DNA of 64,000 bases from an uncultured bacterium (GCA_963826535.1 CAWGXL010000010.1:42814-106813); one strand, 5' to 3'; shown: positions 8,922 to 18,121, numbered from the stretch's first letter. Notes: generated by a model from the sequence alone, not told the origin. Numbers and translations: made by a program.

Positions 8922-9827
8922 ATGACATTTCTTGAAAAATACGAACTATTGAAAAAATCTATTCCTGTTGCCGCAGTATCAAATGATTTAAATACAGTTA
9001 ACTGTGAATACATAGACTATGTTTATCAAAGTAAAAATTGTTATTACTGCTTCGATTCAGTAGAGATTGAAGATTGTATTTATACAATAATGGCTAGGGG
9101 AAATAAACTTATAGACTGCACCTCTGTATTCGAATCAGAAAAGAGTTATATTTGTATAGATTGCACGAAGTGTTATAACTCTACATATTTATTAAAAAGT
9201 AATAATTCTACTGATTGCCACTTCTCTGCTTTTTTAAATTCATGCACCGAATGTTTCTGCTGCGTCGGACTAACTCATAAGAAATATTGCATTTTTAACC
9301 GTCAATACTCCAGGGATGAATATATAAAAAAAGTAGAAGAATTAAAAAACGAGAACCCGGAAAAGATTCTCGCCCAAATGATCGAATTAAAACAAAAAGT
9401 TCCTCATCCTGCTAGCCAACAACTTAATAGCGTTGGGTGTCCGTATGGTGATGGTATAGATAACTCAAGAAGCAGTTATTGCTCTTTTAACGTTACCAAT
9501 ATTGAAAACTCCGGCTATATTTATTTAAGTAGTAATATCAAGAATAGTTGGGATATTTATTTTACCGGTGGTACAGGTACAAAAACTTTTACAGAACGAT
9601 GTTATGAACTTGTGGATTGTGGGTTTAGTTATAATAGCGCATTTCTCTACAATTGCATAGATTGTACAAATTGTTATTACGGTTTAAGTCTTACACACTG
9701 TTCTGATTGCTTCGGTTGCGTTGGGTTATCAAAAAAGAAATACTGCATATTAAATAACCAACTAACCAAAGACCAATACAATATAGCCATAAATGAGATT
9801 AAAAAAGAGCTCGGCTGGAAATCTTAA
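8922..9827 (+). CDS. Cys-rich repeat protein, paralog 4 of 4
   Basis: The track ORF starts at TTG 8901, but the conserved N-terminus MTFLEKYELLKKSIP begins at ATG 8922, 4 nt after paralog 3's stop; ends ...IKKELGWKS. This is the most divergent copy (CFCCVGL variant). Confidence 0.65.
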   Translation: MTFLEKYELLKKSIPVAAVSNDLNTVNCEYIDYVYQSKNCYYCFDSVEIEDCIYTIMARGNKLIDCTSVFESEKSYICIDCTKCYNSTYLLKSNNSTDCHFSAFLNSCTECFCCVGLTHKKYCIFNRQYSRDEYIKKVEELKNENPEKILAQMIELKQKVPHPASQQLNSVGCPYGDGIDNSRSSYCSFNVTNIENSGYIYLSSNIKNSWDIYFTGGTGTKTFTERCYELVDCGFSYNSAFLYNCIDCTNCYYGLSLTHCSDCFGCVGLSKKKYCILNNQLTKDQYNIAINEIKKELGWKS

Positions 9828-9865
9828 CTTGCATTTTCGGGTAAAAAGGTGTAAATTCAGGCCGT

Positions 9866-10561
9866 ATGCCAAGCCATGAAGGATTAAGTATAGGTGAACA
9901 AGCAGCAAGATTTAGCGTTGGTAAACACTACCTGCCTGATAACGGACAGATTAGAATTGAAAGAAAAAAAGTGGAACAATTCCTACCACTCCCTCCAGTA
10001 GGTCATACTGCGAAAGCTGAAGCTAGTCATGCAGTTCTTGCTTTAGAGACCGGTACAGATGTGGAAGAGGTCTCGGTAATTCCTGGACCAGGTTATAATG
10101 GTATAACAAAATTAGCTCACTATAATGGAATTGCAGCAGCAGCACACATAGATGAAGGCGGAGGAGCGTTTGATGCTTTTGTGATTGAATCACAGGGAGA
10201 TAGTGTATCAGCAATGAAAAGTATTGCTAACGGTATAAAAGCGCGTAAAAGTGAAGAAATACATATTGTTGCTCATCATTTGGAGAAGAAAAAGCCGACA
10301 CTAAGTGGTGGTGAGGTAGTAAATGTAATAGAAGTCTTTCATGCGAAAAAGAAAAAGGCTGAAGAAGCTAAGAATAAAGCTACGGCACACATTAAAGACC
10401 GAGATGGATTTGAACACGTAATAAAAAATCTACCAATTGAGAATGGTAATGTTGAACTGCCTGCTAAAGTGATTGATATTTTTTCAAGAAGAGAATATAA
10501 CATTTCCCGAAAAACCTTGCCACCGCCGGCAAATTCTGATATATTTGACGTCGCTGCATGA
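9866..10561 (+). CDS. Hypothetical protein (Ala/Gly/Lys-rich)
   Basis: 231-aa ORF 39 nt downstream of the Cys-rich array; no recognised motif. Confidence 0.4.
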   Translation: MPSHEGLSIGEQAARFSVGKHYLPDNGQIRIERKKVEQFLPLPPVGHTAKAEASHAVLALETGTDVEEVSVIPGPGYNGITKLAHYNGIAAAAHIDEGGGAFDAFVIESQGDSVSAMKSIANGIKARKSEEIHIVAHHLEKKKPTLSGGEVVNVIEVFHAKKKKAEEAKNKATAHIKDRDGFEHVIKNLPIENGNVELPAKVIDIFSRREYNISRKTLPPPANSDIFDVAA

Positions 10562-10689
10562 AAACTCTAAGGAATATAAAAAATACAATAACCGTCATTG
10601 GTTTTACTATTTTGATTATCACACTGATAATCAAAAAACTAGCCCCGAAAAAAAAGAAAAATTCTTCAGCTCGCTGAGAAATCTTTTAT

Positions 10690-10732
10690 ACCTTTATACT
10701 TAATACGTAATACTTTATACTTAATACTTACC
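10690..10732. repeat. Short AT-rich tandem repeat (ATACTTAATAC-like units) upstream of the nucleotidyltransferase gene
   Basis: ctttatacttaatacgtaatactttatacttaatacttacc. Confidence 0.4.
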
Positions 10733-10734
10733 TT

Positions 10735-11757
10735 ATGAAATATAAATATCAATCCGGTGTTTTAGGTGGAACATTTGATCATCTCCACTTAGGTCACAAA
10801 GACCTGCTTGATACAGCTTTTAGCCAGTCAGAAAAAGTAACAATTGGTCTGGCTACAAAAAAAATATATCAGCAAAAATTTCTTTCTCATATTATTGAGT
10901 CATATAAAATTCGTGAACTTGAACTTAAAAAATATTTAAAGGAAAAAAAATACCTGCTTGCCTCGCCGCCAGGCGGGTCTCGCGTCGAAATAATTCCTTT
11001 AAATGATATTTTTGGAACGACGTTAGAAATTAAAAACTTCAGCGCGATTTTTGTCACTAAGACAACACTTCCCAATGCTCTCATTATCAATGACAAGCGT
11101 AATATAAAAGGCTTAACACCTTTGGAAATTATTAAAGTTCCGCTTAGAAAAGATGAGTCAGGTCATGCGATTACTTCAGAAAGAATCCGTTTAGGTGAAA
11201 TTGATCGCGCCGGTCATGTCTATATGAATATTTTCAAAGGAAAAACCGAATTAAAACTCCCGGCACATCTGCGGCAAGCAATGCGTGATCCAATAGGCAA
11301 AACAATAAAAGATGTAATAAAAATAAAAACAAGTAAACCCGAAAAATCATTATTAATCACAGTAGGAGATATAGTTACAAAATCCCTGAAAGAAATTCAT
11401 GTATTTCCCGATATTGAATTCATAGATTTTAAAACTCGAAGACTCCCAATGGACATAAAATCATTTGAAGACTATAAATTAAAGAAAAAAAAGATGTACA
11501 ACAACCCCGCCGGATCAATTCAGACTGAAGCGGTAAATATCTATAGTGAGGCGATAGCAGCTTGCATATCGGATCAAGTTAAACAAAGAATAGTAATAGA
11601 CGGAGAAGAAGATTTACTTACCTTACCGGCGATTCTCCTCGCTCCATTGGGTTCCTATGTTTGTTACGGTCAATTTGACTTAAACGCCGTTATACTTGTC
11701 GAGGTCACGGAAGAAAATAAAAAACATATTTTCGACCTTCTTCAACAATTCGAATAA
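10735..11757 (+). CDS. Fusion of a cytidylyltransferase-like nucleotidyltransferase (archaeal-type PPAT-like, HxGH) and a DUF359-like (archaeal GTP-dependent dephospho-CoA kinase-like) domain
   Basis: N-terminal GGTFDHLHLGH (HxGH nucleotidyltransferase signature); C-terminal half carries ITVGDIVT and IDGEEDLLTLPAILLAP, which resemble DUF359/COG1909 motifs as I recall them. Confidence 0.5.
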   Translation: MKYKYQSGVLGGTFDHLHLGHKDLLDTAFSQSEKVTIGLATKKIYQQKFLSHIIESYKIRELELKKYLKEKKYLLASPPGGSRVEIIPLNDIFGTTLEIKNFSAIFVTKTTLPNALIINDKRNIKGLTPLEIIKVPLRKDESGHAITSERIRLGEIDRAGHVYMNIFKGKTELKLPAHLRQAMRDPIGKTIKDVIKIKTSKPEKSLLITVGDIVTKSLKEIHVFPDIEFIDFKTRRLPMDIKSFEDYKLKKKKMYNNPAGSIQTEAVNIYSEAIAACISDQVKQRIVIDGEEDLLTLPAILLAPLGSYVCYGQFDLNAVILVEVTEENKKHIFDLLQQFE

Positions 11758-11785
11758 GCTAACCCACAGCAATCTGATAGTGTAT

Positions 11786-11888
11786 TGTCATTCCGAGCGA
11801 CCAAAGGGAGTCGAGGAATCTCATACCACCTTAGCTACTAATTGGGGTGAGATCCCTCCACTACGCTATCGCTTCGGTCGGGATGACA
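11786..11888 (+). mobile_element. MITE-like repeat, type 1, copy A (TIR TGTCATTCCGAGCG / CGGTCGGGATGACA)
   Basis: Near-identical to the reverse complement of 13837..13938, including the internal GAGTCGAGGAATCTCATACCAC...GGTGAGATCCCTCCACTACGC; fills the spacer between convergent genes. Confidence 0.75.
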
Positions 11889-11933
11889 AGATTTTACAAT
11901 CCAAGCAAGGAGGAATTAAGGTTTAGAAAAAGA

Positions 11934-12938
11934 TTAAAGCATCCTTATTTCCTCTTCTATAAAAGAATTTAAATCGCCATCCAGCACAGCAGCCGTATTA
12001 GATGTTTCATAGTTGGTTCTCAAATCCTTCACCATATGATAGGGATGTAGCACATAGGAGCGAATCTGATTTCCCCATCCCGGGGTTTTGTAAACACCTT
12101 TTAACTTAGCTTCTTGTGCCCTTCTTTTCTCGTCTTCGAGCAGCCATAGTTTAGCGCGAAGTATTTTCATTGCATACTCACGATTTTGCGCTTGATAACG
12201 TTGGGTTTGGGCCGTGACGATAATTCCGCTTGGTTTGTGTTTCAGTCGGACAGCAGTTGATACCTTATTTACATTTTGTCCTCCATGACCGCCGCTGCGA
12301 AAAGCTTCAAATTCTATATCATCATCGCGGATTTTCATAACCGCGTTTTGTTCAACATCCGGCAGTACTTCGACTAGCGCGAATGAAGTCTGACGTAATT
12401 TGTCGGCGTTGAATGGAGACTGCCGTACAAGACGATGCACTCCGGCTTCATGCTTGAGGTATCCAAACGCATAATTGCCTGTAATTTCAATAGTAATACT
12501 CTTGAGACCTGCTTCTTCTCCGGGTGTTTGCTCAATAACATTATGTTTCCAACCTTTTGTTTCAAAGTAGCGGGTATACATACGGAAAAGCATTTCCGCC
12601 CAGTCCATTGCCTCCACCCCTCCTTGCCCCGCATGAATTGATAGGATCACGTTTGATTTGTCATTAGCTGAAGAAAAATACAGAAGAGTTTCCATACTTT
12701 TCAATAATTTTTCCGCTTCTTTATATTCACCATCCTCTAACCATAATTGAAGTAGTTCGATTTCCTCAACTTCTTTTTGCAGAGCAGCCAACTCTTTCAT
12801 CTTTTTGGCCGCCTTTTGGGAATCATTCCAGAAACCGGGGTGCATACTTTCAGCTTCAAGCTCGCGGATTTTTTTGCGCTTTTCTTCTACCTGTACTTTT
12901 TCGATAAGTTTTTGAGCTCTATATTTTAAATCATCCAT
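11934..12938 (-). CDS. prfB: Peptide chain release factor 2
   Basis: GGQ motif ([10 protein letters not shown]) and RF2-type SPF tripeptide (RQSPFNA); a complete N-terminus in one frame, so no programmed +1 frameshift. Confidence 0.9.
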   Translation of the reverse strand: MDDLKYRAQKLIEKVQVEEKRKKIRELEAESMHPGFWNDSQKAAKKMKELAALQKEVEEIELLQLWLEDGEYKEAEKLLKSMETLLYFSSANDKSNVILSIHAGQGGVEAMDWAEMLFRMYTRYFETKGWKHNVIEQTPGEEAGLKSITIEITGNYAFGYLKHEAGVHRLVRQSPFNADKLRQTSFALVEVLPDVEQNAVMKIRDDDIEFEAFRSGGHGGQNVNKVSTAVRLKHKPSGIIVTAQTQRYQAQNREYAMKILRAKLWLLEDEKRRAQEAKLKGVYKTPGWGNQIRSYVLHPYHMVKDLRTNYETSNTAAVLDGDLNSFIEEEIRML

Positions 12939-12998
12939 CGTAGGTTATATTCTAACCTAACAACGCATAAAACTCAAAACTTTAACAATGAATATTTC

Positions 12999-13256
12999 TT
13001 ATTTACCTGGCGTCTGAGGCGATTCAAAAATAACTATTGGTGGTGGCTTACCGCAATTTATATCTATTCTTAATGGGCCATCTGACTCCATAACAGGTCC
13101 TCTTGATTTCGATTTATCTTCTATTTTTGCTTTTTGTCGTGCAGGAGGTTCAGACTGACTAAGGACATATGCCTCCATACTCATCAAAGCAATAAAACCG
13201 ACAGTAGCACTTGTAACCATTTGTGCCCTAGATAACTCTTTTGATTCAGGTCTCAT
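12999..13256 (-). CDS. Hypothetical small protein
   Basis: 85-aa ORF; weak support. Confidence 0.3.
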   Translation of the reverse strand: MRPESKELSRAQMVTSATVGFIALMSMEAYVLSQSEPPARQKAKIEDKSKSRGPVMESDGPLRIDINCGKPPPIVIFESPQTPGK

Positions 13257-13465
13257 ATTTTCACCACCTTATAAATCCTGATAAGCCTACAATATAAACG
13301 TATTTTACCATAAAAATCCACTAATCTCAACTATAGGCTAAAGGATAAGTATAATTGGATGAGTATTCTGTTTTTCTCAGCTGGAAACATTTTGCAACTC
13401 TATGCAACAAGTAGTCCACTAATTAGCAACTGGACTCAAAACATTAAATAAAATTTGCAGGAAAA

Positions 13466-13810
13466 CTATTTTTTACCAAAATTTTCTACCTGACCTTTTA
13501 CATTTTCCTGGAGAGAGCGGAAATCATTAGCTATTTTTTGATATCCGTGGTAAATATTCACAAGATCTCCTATTTTTAAATTTAGCGCTTGCTTTTGTGC
13601 AAGAATTATACCGTTATCAATATCGGTTTTTAATTGACCTGAAATACTCCCAACATTATTCGTACTCAAACCTTTGACATCCGGAAGAGCCGGTTTAACA
13701 CCTTGAACTGAGGAGATAATTTTATCTCTAATGTCCGGCCTATTGAAAGTAAATACACCTCCGCCAATGATGATGAAAACAATACACAGCTTTATGAATT
13801 TGAGCAGCAT
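13466..13810 (-). CDS. Hypothetical N-terminally anchored small protein
   Basis: N-terminal TM segment (LCIVFIIIGGGVF). Confidence 0.4.
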   Translation of the reverse strand: MLLKFIKLCIVFIIIGGGVFTFNRPDIRDKIISSVQGVKPALPDVKGLSTNNVGSISGQLKTDIDNGIILAQKQALNLKIGDLVNIYHGYQKIANDFRSLQENVKGQVENFGKK

Positions 13811-13836
13811 GACATTTATTTTATCCTTCTCACAAA

Positions 13837-13938
13837 TGTCATCCCGACCGAAGCGAAGCGTAGTGGAGGGATCTCACACCAATGAGTTGCTTAAGTGGTA
13901 TGAGATTCCTCGACTTCCGTTGGTCGCTCGGAATGACA
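13837..13938 (-). mobile_element. MITE-like repeat, type 1, copy B (inverted relative to copy A)
   Basis: tgtcatcccgaccgaagcg...ggtatgagattcctcgact...gctcggaatgaca; the reverse complement matches copy A. Confidence 0.75.
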
Positions 13939-13955
13939 AAATTGCGTAACATTAG

Positions 13956-15821
13956 TTATTCTATCAGCTTTTTCACTTTCGCAACAATTTGTTTCGCGCT
14001 GATACCGGCGGCGTCTAAAAGTTCCTCAGATTTGCCCGATGAAGAAATTTTTGTCACAGCTATTTTTTCAACATGAGCGCCGGTGTTTGAAAGGCTAGAT
14101 AAAACGAAATCGCCCAAGCCTCCGTGCTCATAATGATCTTCAACGGTAATTACAGTTTTTTGTTTTGTTTCCCTCAGACTCTGCTTTAATGTTTTTGAAT
14201 CTATTGGTTTAATACAGTAGCAATCGATAACTCTGATATTTACCCCATCATTTTTAAGTGTGTCATAAGCCTTTAACGCTTCAAAAACGGTAATACCCGC
14301 AGCTACCACGGACAAAACGTCTTTTTGAGATTTTTTGAGAATTTTTGAACCCCCTATTGAAAAATTTTCATTTGTTTCATATAAAACAGGAGTCTTAGGA
14401 CGAAGAGTGCGTAGATAAGTAATTCCATCATAATTTGCGATCAGAGGTATAACTTTGGCCGTTGATACGGCATCTGACGGATGAAATATGATTGAGTCCG
14501 GAATCGCTCCAAAGATCGCAAAATCTTCAAGTGCCATTTGCGATGGCCCGTCTTCACCGATTGAGACACCAGCGTGAGAACCAATGAATTTTAAATTGGC
14601 GCGACCAATTGAGGCCATTCTGACTTGATCAACTGCGCGTGTTAGAAACGCGGCAAATGTAGAAACAAAAGGAATTTTCCCAAGGCGTTGTAAACCAACC
14701 GCGAGCCCAACCATATTCTGCTCGGCAATAAAACACTCAATAAAGCGGTCTGGTAGAACTTTCAAGAATTCCTGACTATAAGTGGAATTTTTTACTTCCG
14801 CATCAAGCGCGTATATATTCTTGTTTAATTCGCCTAATTTAGCTAACGCCTGTCCATAAACCTCCCGTGTCGCATGTTGCTGATCTTTTGAAAAATTAAT
14901 TTTTAAATTTTCGGGTGACTTTATTTTTTTTGTAAACTCCAATTTTTTGGGCTTTTTTAAACTGAACTTCAAATTATCATTAACTTTACCCAGCTCCATT
15001 AGCGCTTTGTCTAGCTCTTCTTTTTTTAGAGGCTTACCGTGCCAGCTATCTTTATTTTCTATAAAAGAAATGCCGCGGCCTTTGAAAGTCCTGGCAATTA
15101 TCACGAATGGCTTGCCTGTACCTGCCCGTCCGGCAGGCGGGTTATTTTTTACAGCCTGCGAGAACGCGCGGTCGACTTCGAATAAATTATTTCCGTCAAT
15201 AGCAATTGCTTCAAATCCAAAAGCTTTGAACCGGCTGATATATTCTTCCAAGTGGTGACCGAACATGGTCTCCTGGCTTTGACCGAGACGGTTAATATCT
15301 GCGATAGCAATGAGATTATCCAATTTATTCAAACTCGCAAAATTAGCGGATTCCCAAACCTGTCCTTCAGCTAATTCTCCATCACCTAAGAGTACGTATG
15401 TTTTATATGGTAAATTTTCCCGCTTAGCAAGTAAGCTTAAACCTGCTCCGATAGATAGGCCTTGTCCCAGTGAGCCGGTAGCAGCTTCCGCATATGGATA
15501 TTTCGCCGGAGTTGGATGCCCTTCAAGTCGGCTGCCAAATTTTCGGAGAGTTTTTAGTTCTTCAAGCGGATACGCCCCAGCCATAGCAAAAAGTGTATAT
15601 AAAAGTGGAGATGCATGGCCTTTTGAAAGTATAAACCTGTCGTTATAAAGATTAAGTGGATTTTTCAAGTCATAAGTAAAATATTTATCAAAAAGAACTG
15701 TACACAAATCTGCAGCAGATAAACAAGAAGTTGGATGACCTGAACCAGCCTCAGTAGTTGAAACCAAACACCATTTACGGACTAATTTAGCTTTTTCGAG
15801 TAATTCTTTTTGATTAAACAT
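13956..15821 (-). CDS. tkt: Transketolase
   Basis: N-terminal TPP-binding region (GSGHPTSCLSAADL, GHASP), 621 aa, with typical pyrimidine-binding and C-terminal domains. Confidence 0.9.
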   Translation of the reverse strand: MFNQKELLEKAKLVRKWCLVSTTEAGSGHPTSCLSAADLCTVLFDKYFTYDLKNPLNLYNDRFILSKGHASPLLYTLFAMAGAYPLEELKTLRKFGSRLEGHPTPAKYPYAEAATGSLGQGLSIGAGLSLLAKRENLPYKTYVLLGDGELAEGQVWESANFASLNKLDNLIAIADINRLGQSQETMFGHHLEEYISRFKAFGFEAIAIDGNNLFEVDRAFSQAVKNNPPAGRAGTGKPFVIIARTFKGRGISFIENKDSWHGKPLKKEELDKALMELGKVNDNLKFSLKKPKKLEFTKKIKSPENLKINFSKDQQHATREVYGQALAKLGELNKNIYALDAEVKNSTYSQEFLKVLPDRFIECFIAEQNMVGLAVGLQRLGKIPFVSTFAAFLTRAVDQVRMASIGRANLKFIGSHAGVSIGEDGPSQMALEDFAIFGAIPDSIIFHPSDAVSTAKVIPLIANYDGITYLRTLRPKTPVLYETNENFSIGGSKILKKSQKDVLSVVAAGITVFEALKAYDTLKNDGVNIRVIDCYCIKPIDSKTLKQSLRETKQKTVITVEDHYEHGGLGDFVLSSLSNTGAHVEKIAVTKISSSGKSEELLDAAGISAKQIVAKVKKLIE

Positions 15822-15873
15822 GAAGTATTGCCTGAACTTTACTATATTATCGAGAGTTAAGTCAAGTAGACCA

Positions 15874-16479
15874 TTATTTTAATTTATAAACTAACGCGGC
15901 CACAGCGGCACCCAGAAATGGACCTACCAGATAAATTATTAGGTTTGTAAGATTCGCATTTATTTGATTTGCATCCAGTAGAATTGGACCTATCGCAACA
16001 GCCGGATTAAATACACCGCCTGAGATAGGTCCGCCGGCAAAAGCTCCAACCATAAGAGCGAGCCCTATTGCCAGTCCAAAATAACTATTACCTTTAGTTT
16101 TTTCAGTCACGGCAACATGAAGTACTACGCTACACAAAAGAAAAGTAAATAATGCTTCAACAAGCATAGCCTGGGTCGGAGTTACATTTTGTGCAACCGC
16201 AGGGACGAAATAAATTCCTTTCAAAAATATAAAAACAATAGCCGCGACCAGCCCGCCTAGTAACTGAGCTACCATATACACAACTGCAGGTTTAGGTTTA
16301 ATATTTTTCGTGAGTAAGACCGCAAGCGTTACAGCCGGATTATAATGCCCGCCGGATATATAACCTCCCATATAAACCAGCGCAGCCAGCACAAAACCAA
16401 TTGCAATAGGATCGCCGGTAATAGCAATAGTCAATACCAAAAAGAACGCCCCTATAAATTCAATCAAATATTTTTTCAT
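15874..16479 (-). CDS. MIP-family channel (aquaporin/glycerol facilitator)
   Basis: Two NPA boxes (GGHYNPAVT, GGVFNPAVA) and six TM segments; the start is probably MKKYLIEF (16479) rather than the track start at 16515. Confidence 0.85.
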   Translation of the reverse strand: MKKYLIEFIGAFFLVLTIAITGDPIAIGFVLAALVYMGGYISGGHYNPAVTLAVLLTKNIKPKPAVVYMVAQLLGGLVAAIVFIFLKGIYFVPAVAQNVTPTQAMLVEALFTFLLCSVVLHVAVTEKTKGNSYFGLAIGLALMVGAFAGGPISGGVFNPAVAIGPILLDANQINANLTNLIIYLVGPFLGAAVAALVYKLK

Positions 16480-16570
16480 TAATTTATTATTACATGAAAT
16501 CAATAAAAAATACAACAGCCGAGTTTGGTTGACACTTTTTGAATTGGTATGTTAGCATGAAGTCTAGCTT

Positions 16571-16972
16571 ATGAAAACTATTGTGCGAGCAATTGCAATC
16601 TATACTCTTGCTTTATTTCTTCTGCCTCAACTTATTCCGGGAGTTCAAATTACAGGTGGATTTTTAACTCTCATAATAGGCGGCGCAGCTCTAGCACTCT
16701 TGTTTTTGATTTTAAAACCAATACTAAATATTATCAGTTTTCCCGTTAACTTGATCACTCTGGGGCTGTTCTCTATGTTTACGAATGTAATTATTCTTTA
16801 TCTTTTGACCGTGTTTGTAATTGGAATTTCCATCCACTCTTTTACTTATCCTAGTGTAGGAATTTTTGGGTTTATTATCCCACAGATCTCTTTTCCACTG
16901 TTATTTGCTTACATTTACACATCGTTTGTGCTATCATTCATTGATTCATTTTTCTCGTGGCTGGTGAAATAA
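16571..16972 (+). CDS. Hypothetical polytopic membrane protein
   Basis: About four hydrophobic segments in 133 aa. Confidence 0.45.
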   Translation: MKTIVRAIAIYTLALFLLPQLIPGVQITGGFLTLIIGGAALALLFLILKPILNIISFPVNLITLGLFSMFTNVIILYLLTVFVIGISIHSFTYPSVGIFGFIIPQISFPLLFAYIYTSFVLSFIDSFFSWLVK

Positions 16973-16978
16973 GTATTT

Positions 16979-17090
16979 TGTCATTCCCCTGGACAGGGGA
17001 ATCCAGAAGATATAAATAATTCTTCCTTATTAAGCAATAAGAGGAATAGACTTTTTTTACCTACTGGATTCCCGCGTTCGCGGGAATGAC
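16979..17090 (+). mobile_element. MITE-like repeat, type 3 (TGTCATTCCCCTGGACAGGGGAATCC ... GGATTCCCGCGTTCGCGGGAATGAC)
   Basis: Terminal hairpins share the TGTCATTCC/GGAATGAC ends with types 1 and 2; the track ORF 16981..17223(-) across it is spurious. Confidence 0.6.
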
Positions 17091-17128
17091 GATTATCAGT
17101 GTAACAGGAGTTAAGAAGAAATTTAAAT

Positions 17129-18121
17129 ATGATTGATAATTTATTGATAAAAGATAAGAGAATAGTTTGCCTGGGCGGTGGAATAGGTACATGTAATCTT
17201 ATAAGGGGTTTAAAAAAATACAATCCAAAATTGACTGTAGTAACTTCTATGGCAGACGACGGCGGATCATCAGGTAGGTTGAGAAAAGCTTACAATATCA
17301 TGCCGCCCGGAGATTTAATATCATGTATTGCAGCATTAATTGCTGATGAAAATCAAGAACTGGCTTCATTACTAACTTATCGTATTCCCGGAATAAACCG
17401 CGAAAATAAAGCAATTGACGGACAAAAATTTGGCAACCTGCTCATGCTCACTGAGATATTGAGAACAAAAGACATTTATAAAGCACTTAAGGTTACAAAA
17501 AGAATGTTTGGTGTGACCGCTGACATACTTCCCGCAACAGACATAAGAGTGCGTCAAAGCGCTATAACGAAAGACGGCAGGATAGTGCATAGCGAGACAG
17601 CGCTTGATTTAGGCAAATATGCAGAGCCGCACGGTTTGAAAAAAACTTATCTCACACCCAAAAACCCTATTGTAAACATTAAAGTCATAAAAAATTTACA
17701 AAATGCGGACGTCATCATCAGCGGACCGGGCGATTTATATACAAACCAATTACCGGTACTTATTGTCCCTAAAATAAAAGAACAATTGCAGGCTGCTAAG
17801 TGCAGGAAAATATTTATTTTGAATATTGCCAATAAACCATGTGAAACAGAAAATTATAGTTTGAAAAGTTTTATTAACGCAATAAAGGAACATCTTGGTC
17901 TTTTTCCCTTCGATACAATTATCGTAAATAATAACGCGTCTCATCTTATTCCAAAAAAATATAACAAATATAAATATATAAAAATTGATGAAGAGTTTAG
18001 ACGCGAAAAACAAGAGTTTAAACTTATAGAAGCAGACTTAGTAAAAGAGGACTTCCCAATTTATCATAATTCCGAAAAACTTGCAGAAATAGTTATAAAA
18101 AATATAGACACCTCATCTTAA
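17129..18121 (+). CDS. YvcK/CofD-family (UPF0052) protein
   Basis: CLGGGIGTCNLIRGL ... SMADDGGSSGRLR signature of 2-phospho-L-lactate transferase / gluconeogenesis factor family. Confidence 0.75.
   Translation: MIDNLLIKDKRIVCLGGGIGTCNLIRGLKKYNPKLTVVTSMADDGGSSGRLRKAYNIMPPGDLISCIAALIADENQELASLLTYRIPGINRENKAIDGQKFGNLLMLTEILRTKDIYKALKVTKRMFGVTADILPATDIRVRQSAITKDGRIVHSETALDLGKYAEPHGLKKTYLTPKNPIVNIKVIKNLQNADVIISGPGDLYTNQLPVLIVPKIKEQLQAAKCRKIFILNIANKPCETENYSLKSFINAIKEHLGLFPFDTIIVNNNASHLIPKKYNKYKYIKIDEEFRREKQEFKLIEADLVKEDFPIYHNSEKLAEIVIKNIDTSS

Noticed and set aside
6152-9827. Cys-rich paralogs as multi-haem c-type cytochromes (several CxxCH: CDKCH, CTDCH, CTKCH, CNKCH, CTNCH)
   Set aside because: The CxxCH positions are not conserved across the four paralogs, and there is no signal peptide or TM segment for periplasmic export. 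The His often belongs to the recurring C..CHxS.YL unit rather than a haem-binding context.
11696-11926. Track ORF 11696..11926 (+) and similar short ORFs at 13731..13949, 13882..14076, 16981..17223, 55766..56089
   Set aside because: They lie across MITE-like repeat copies or intergenic palindromes and are produced by the repeats' stop-free frames. No independent coding signal.
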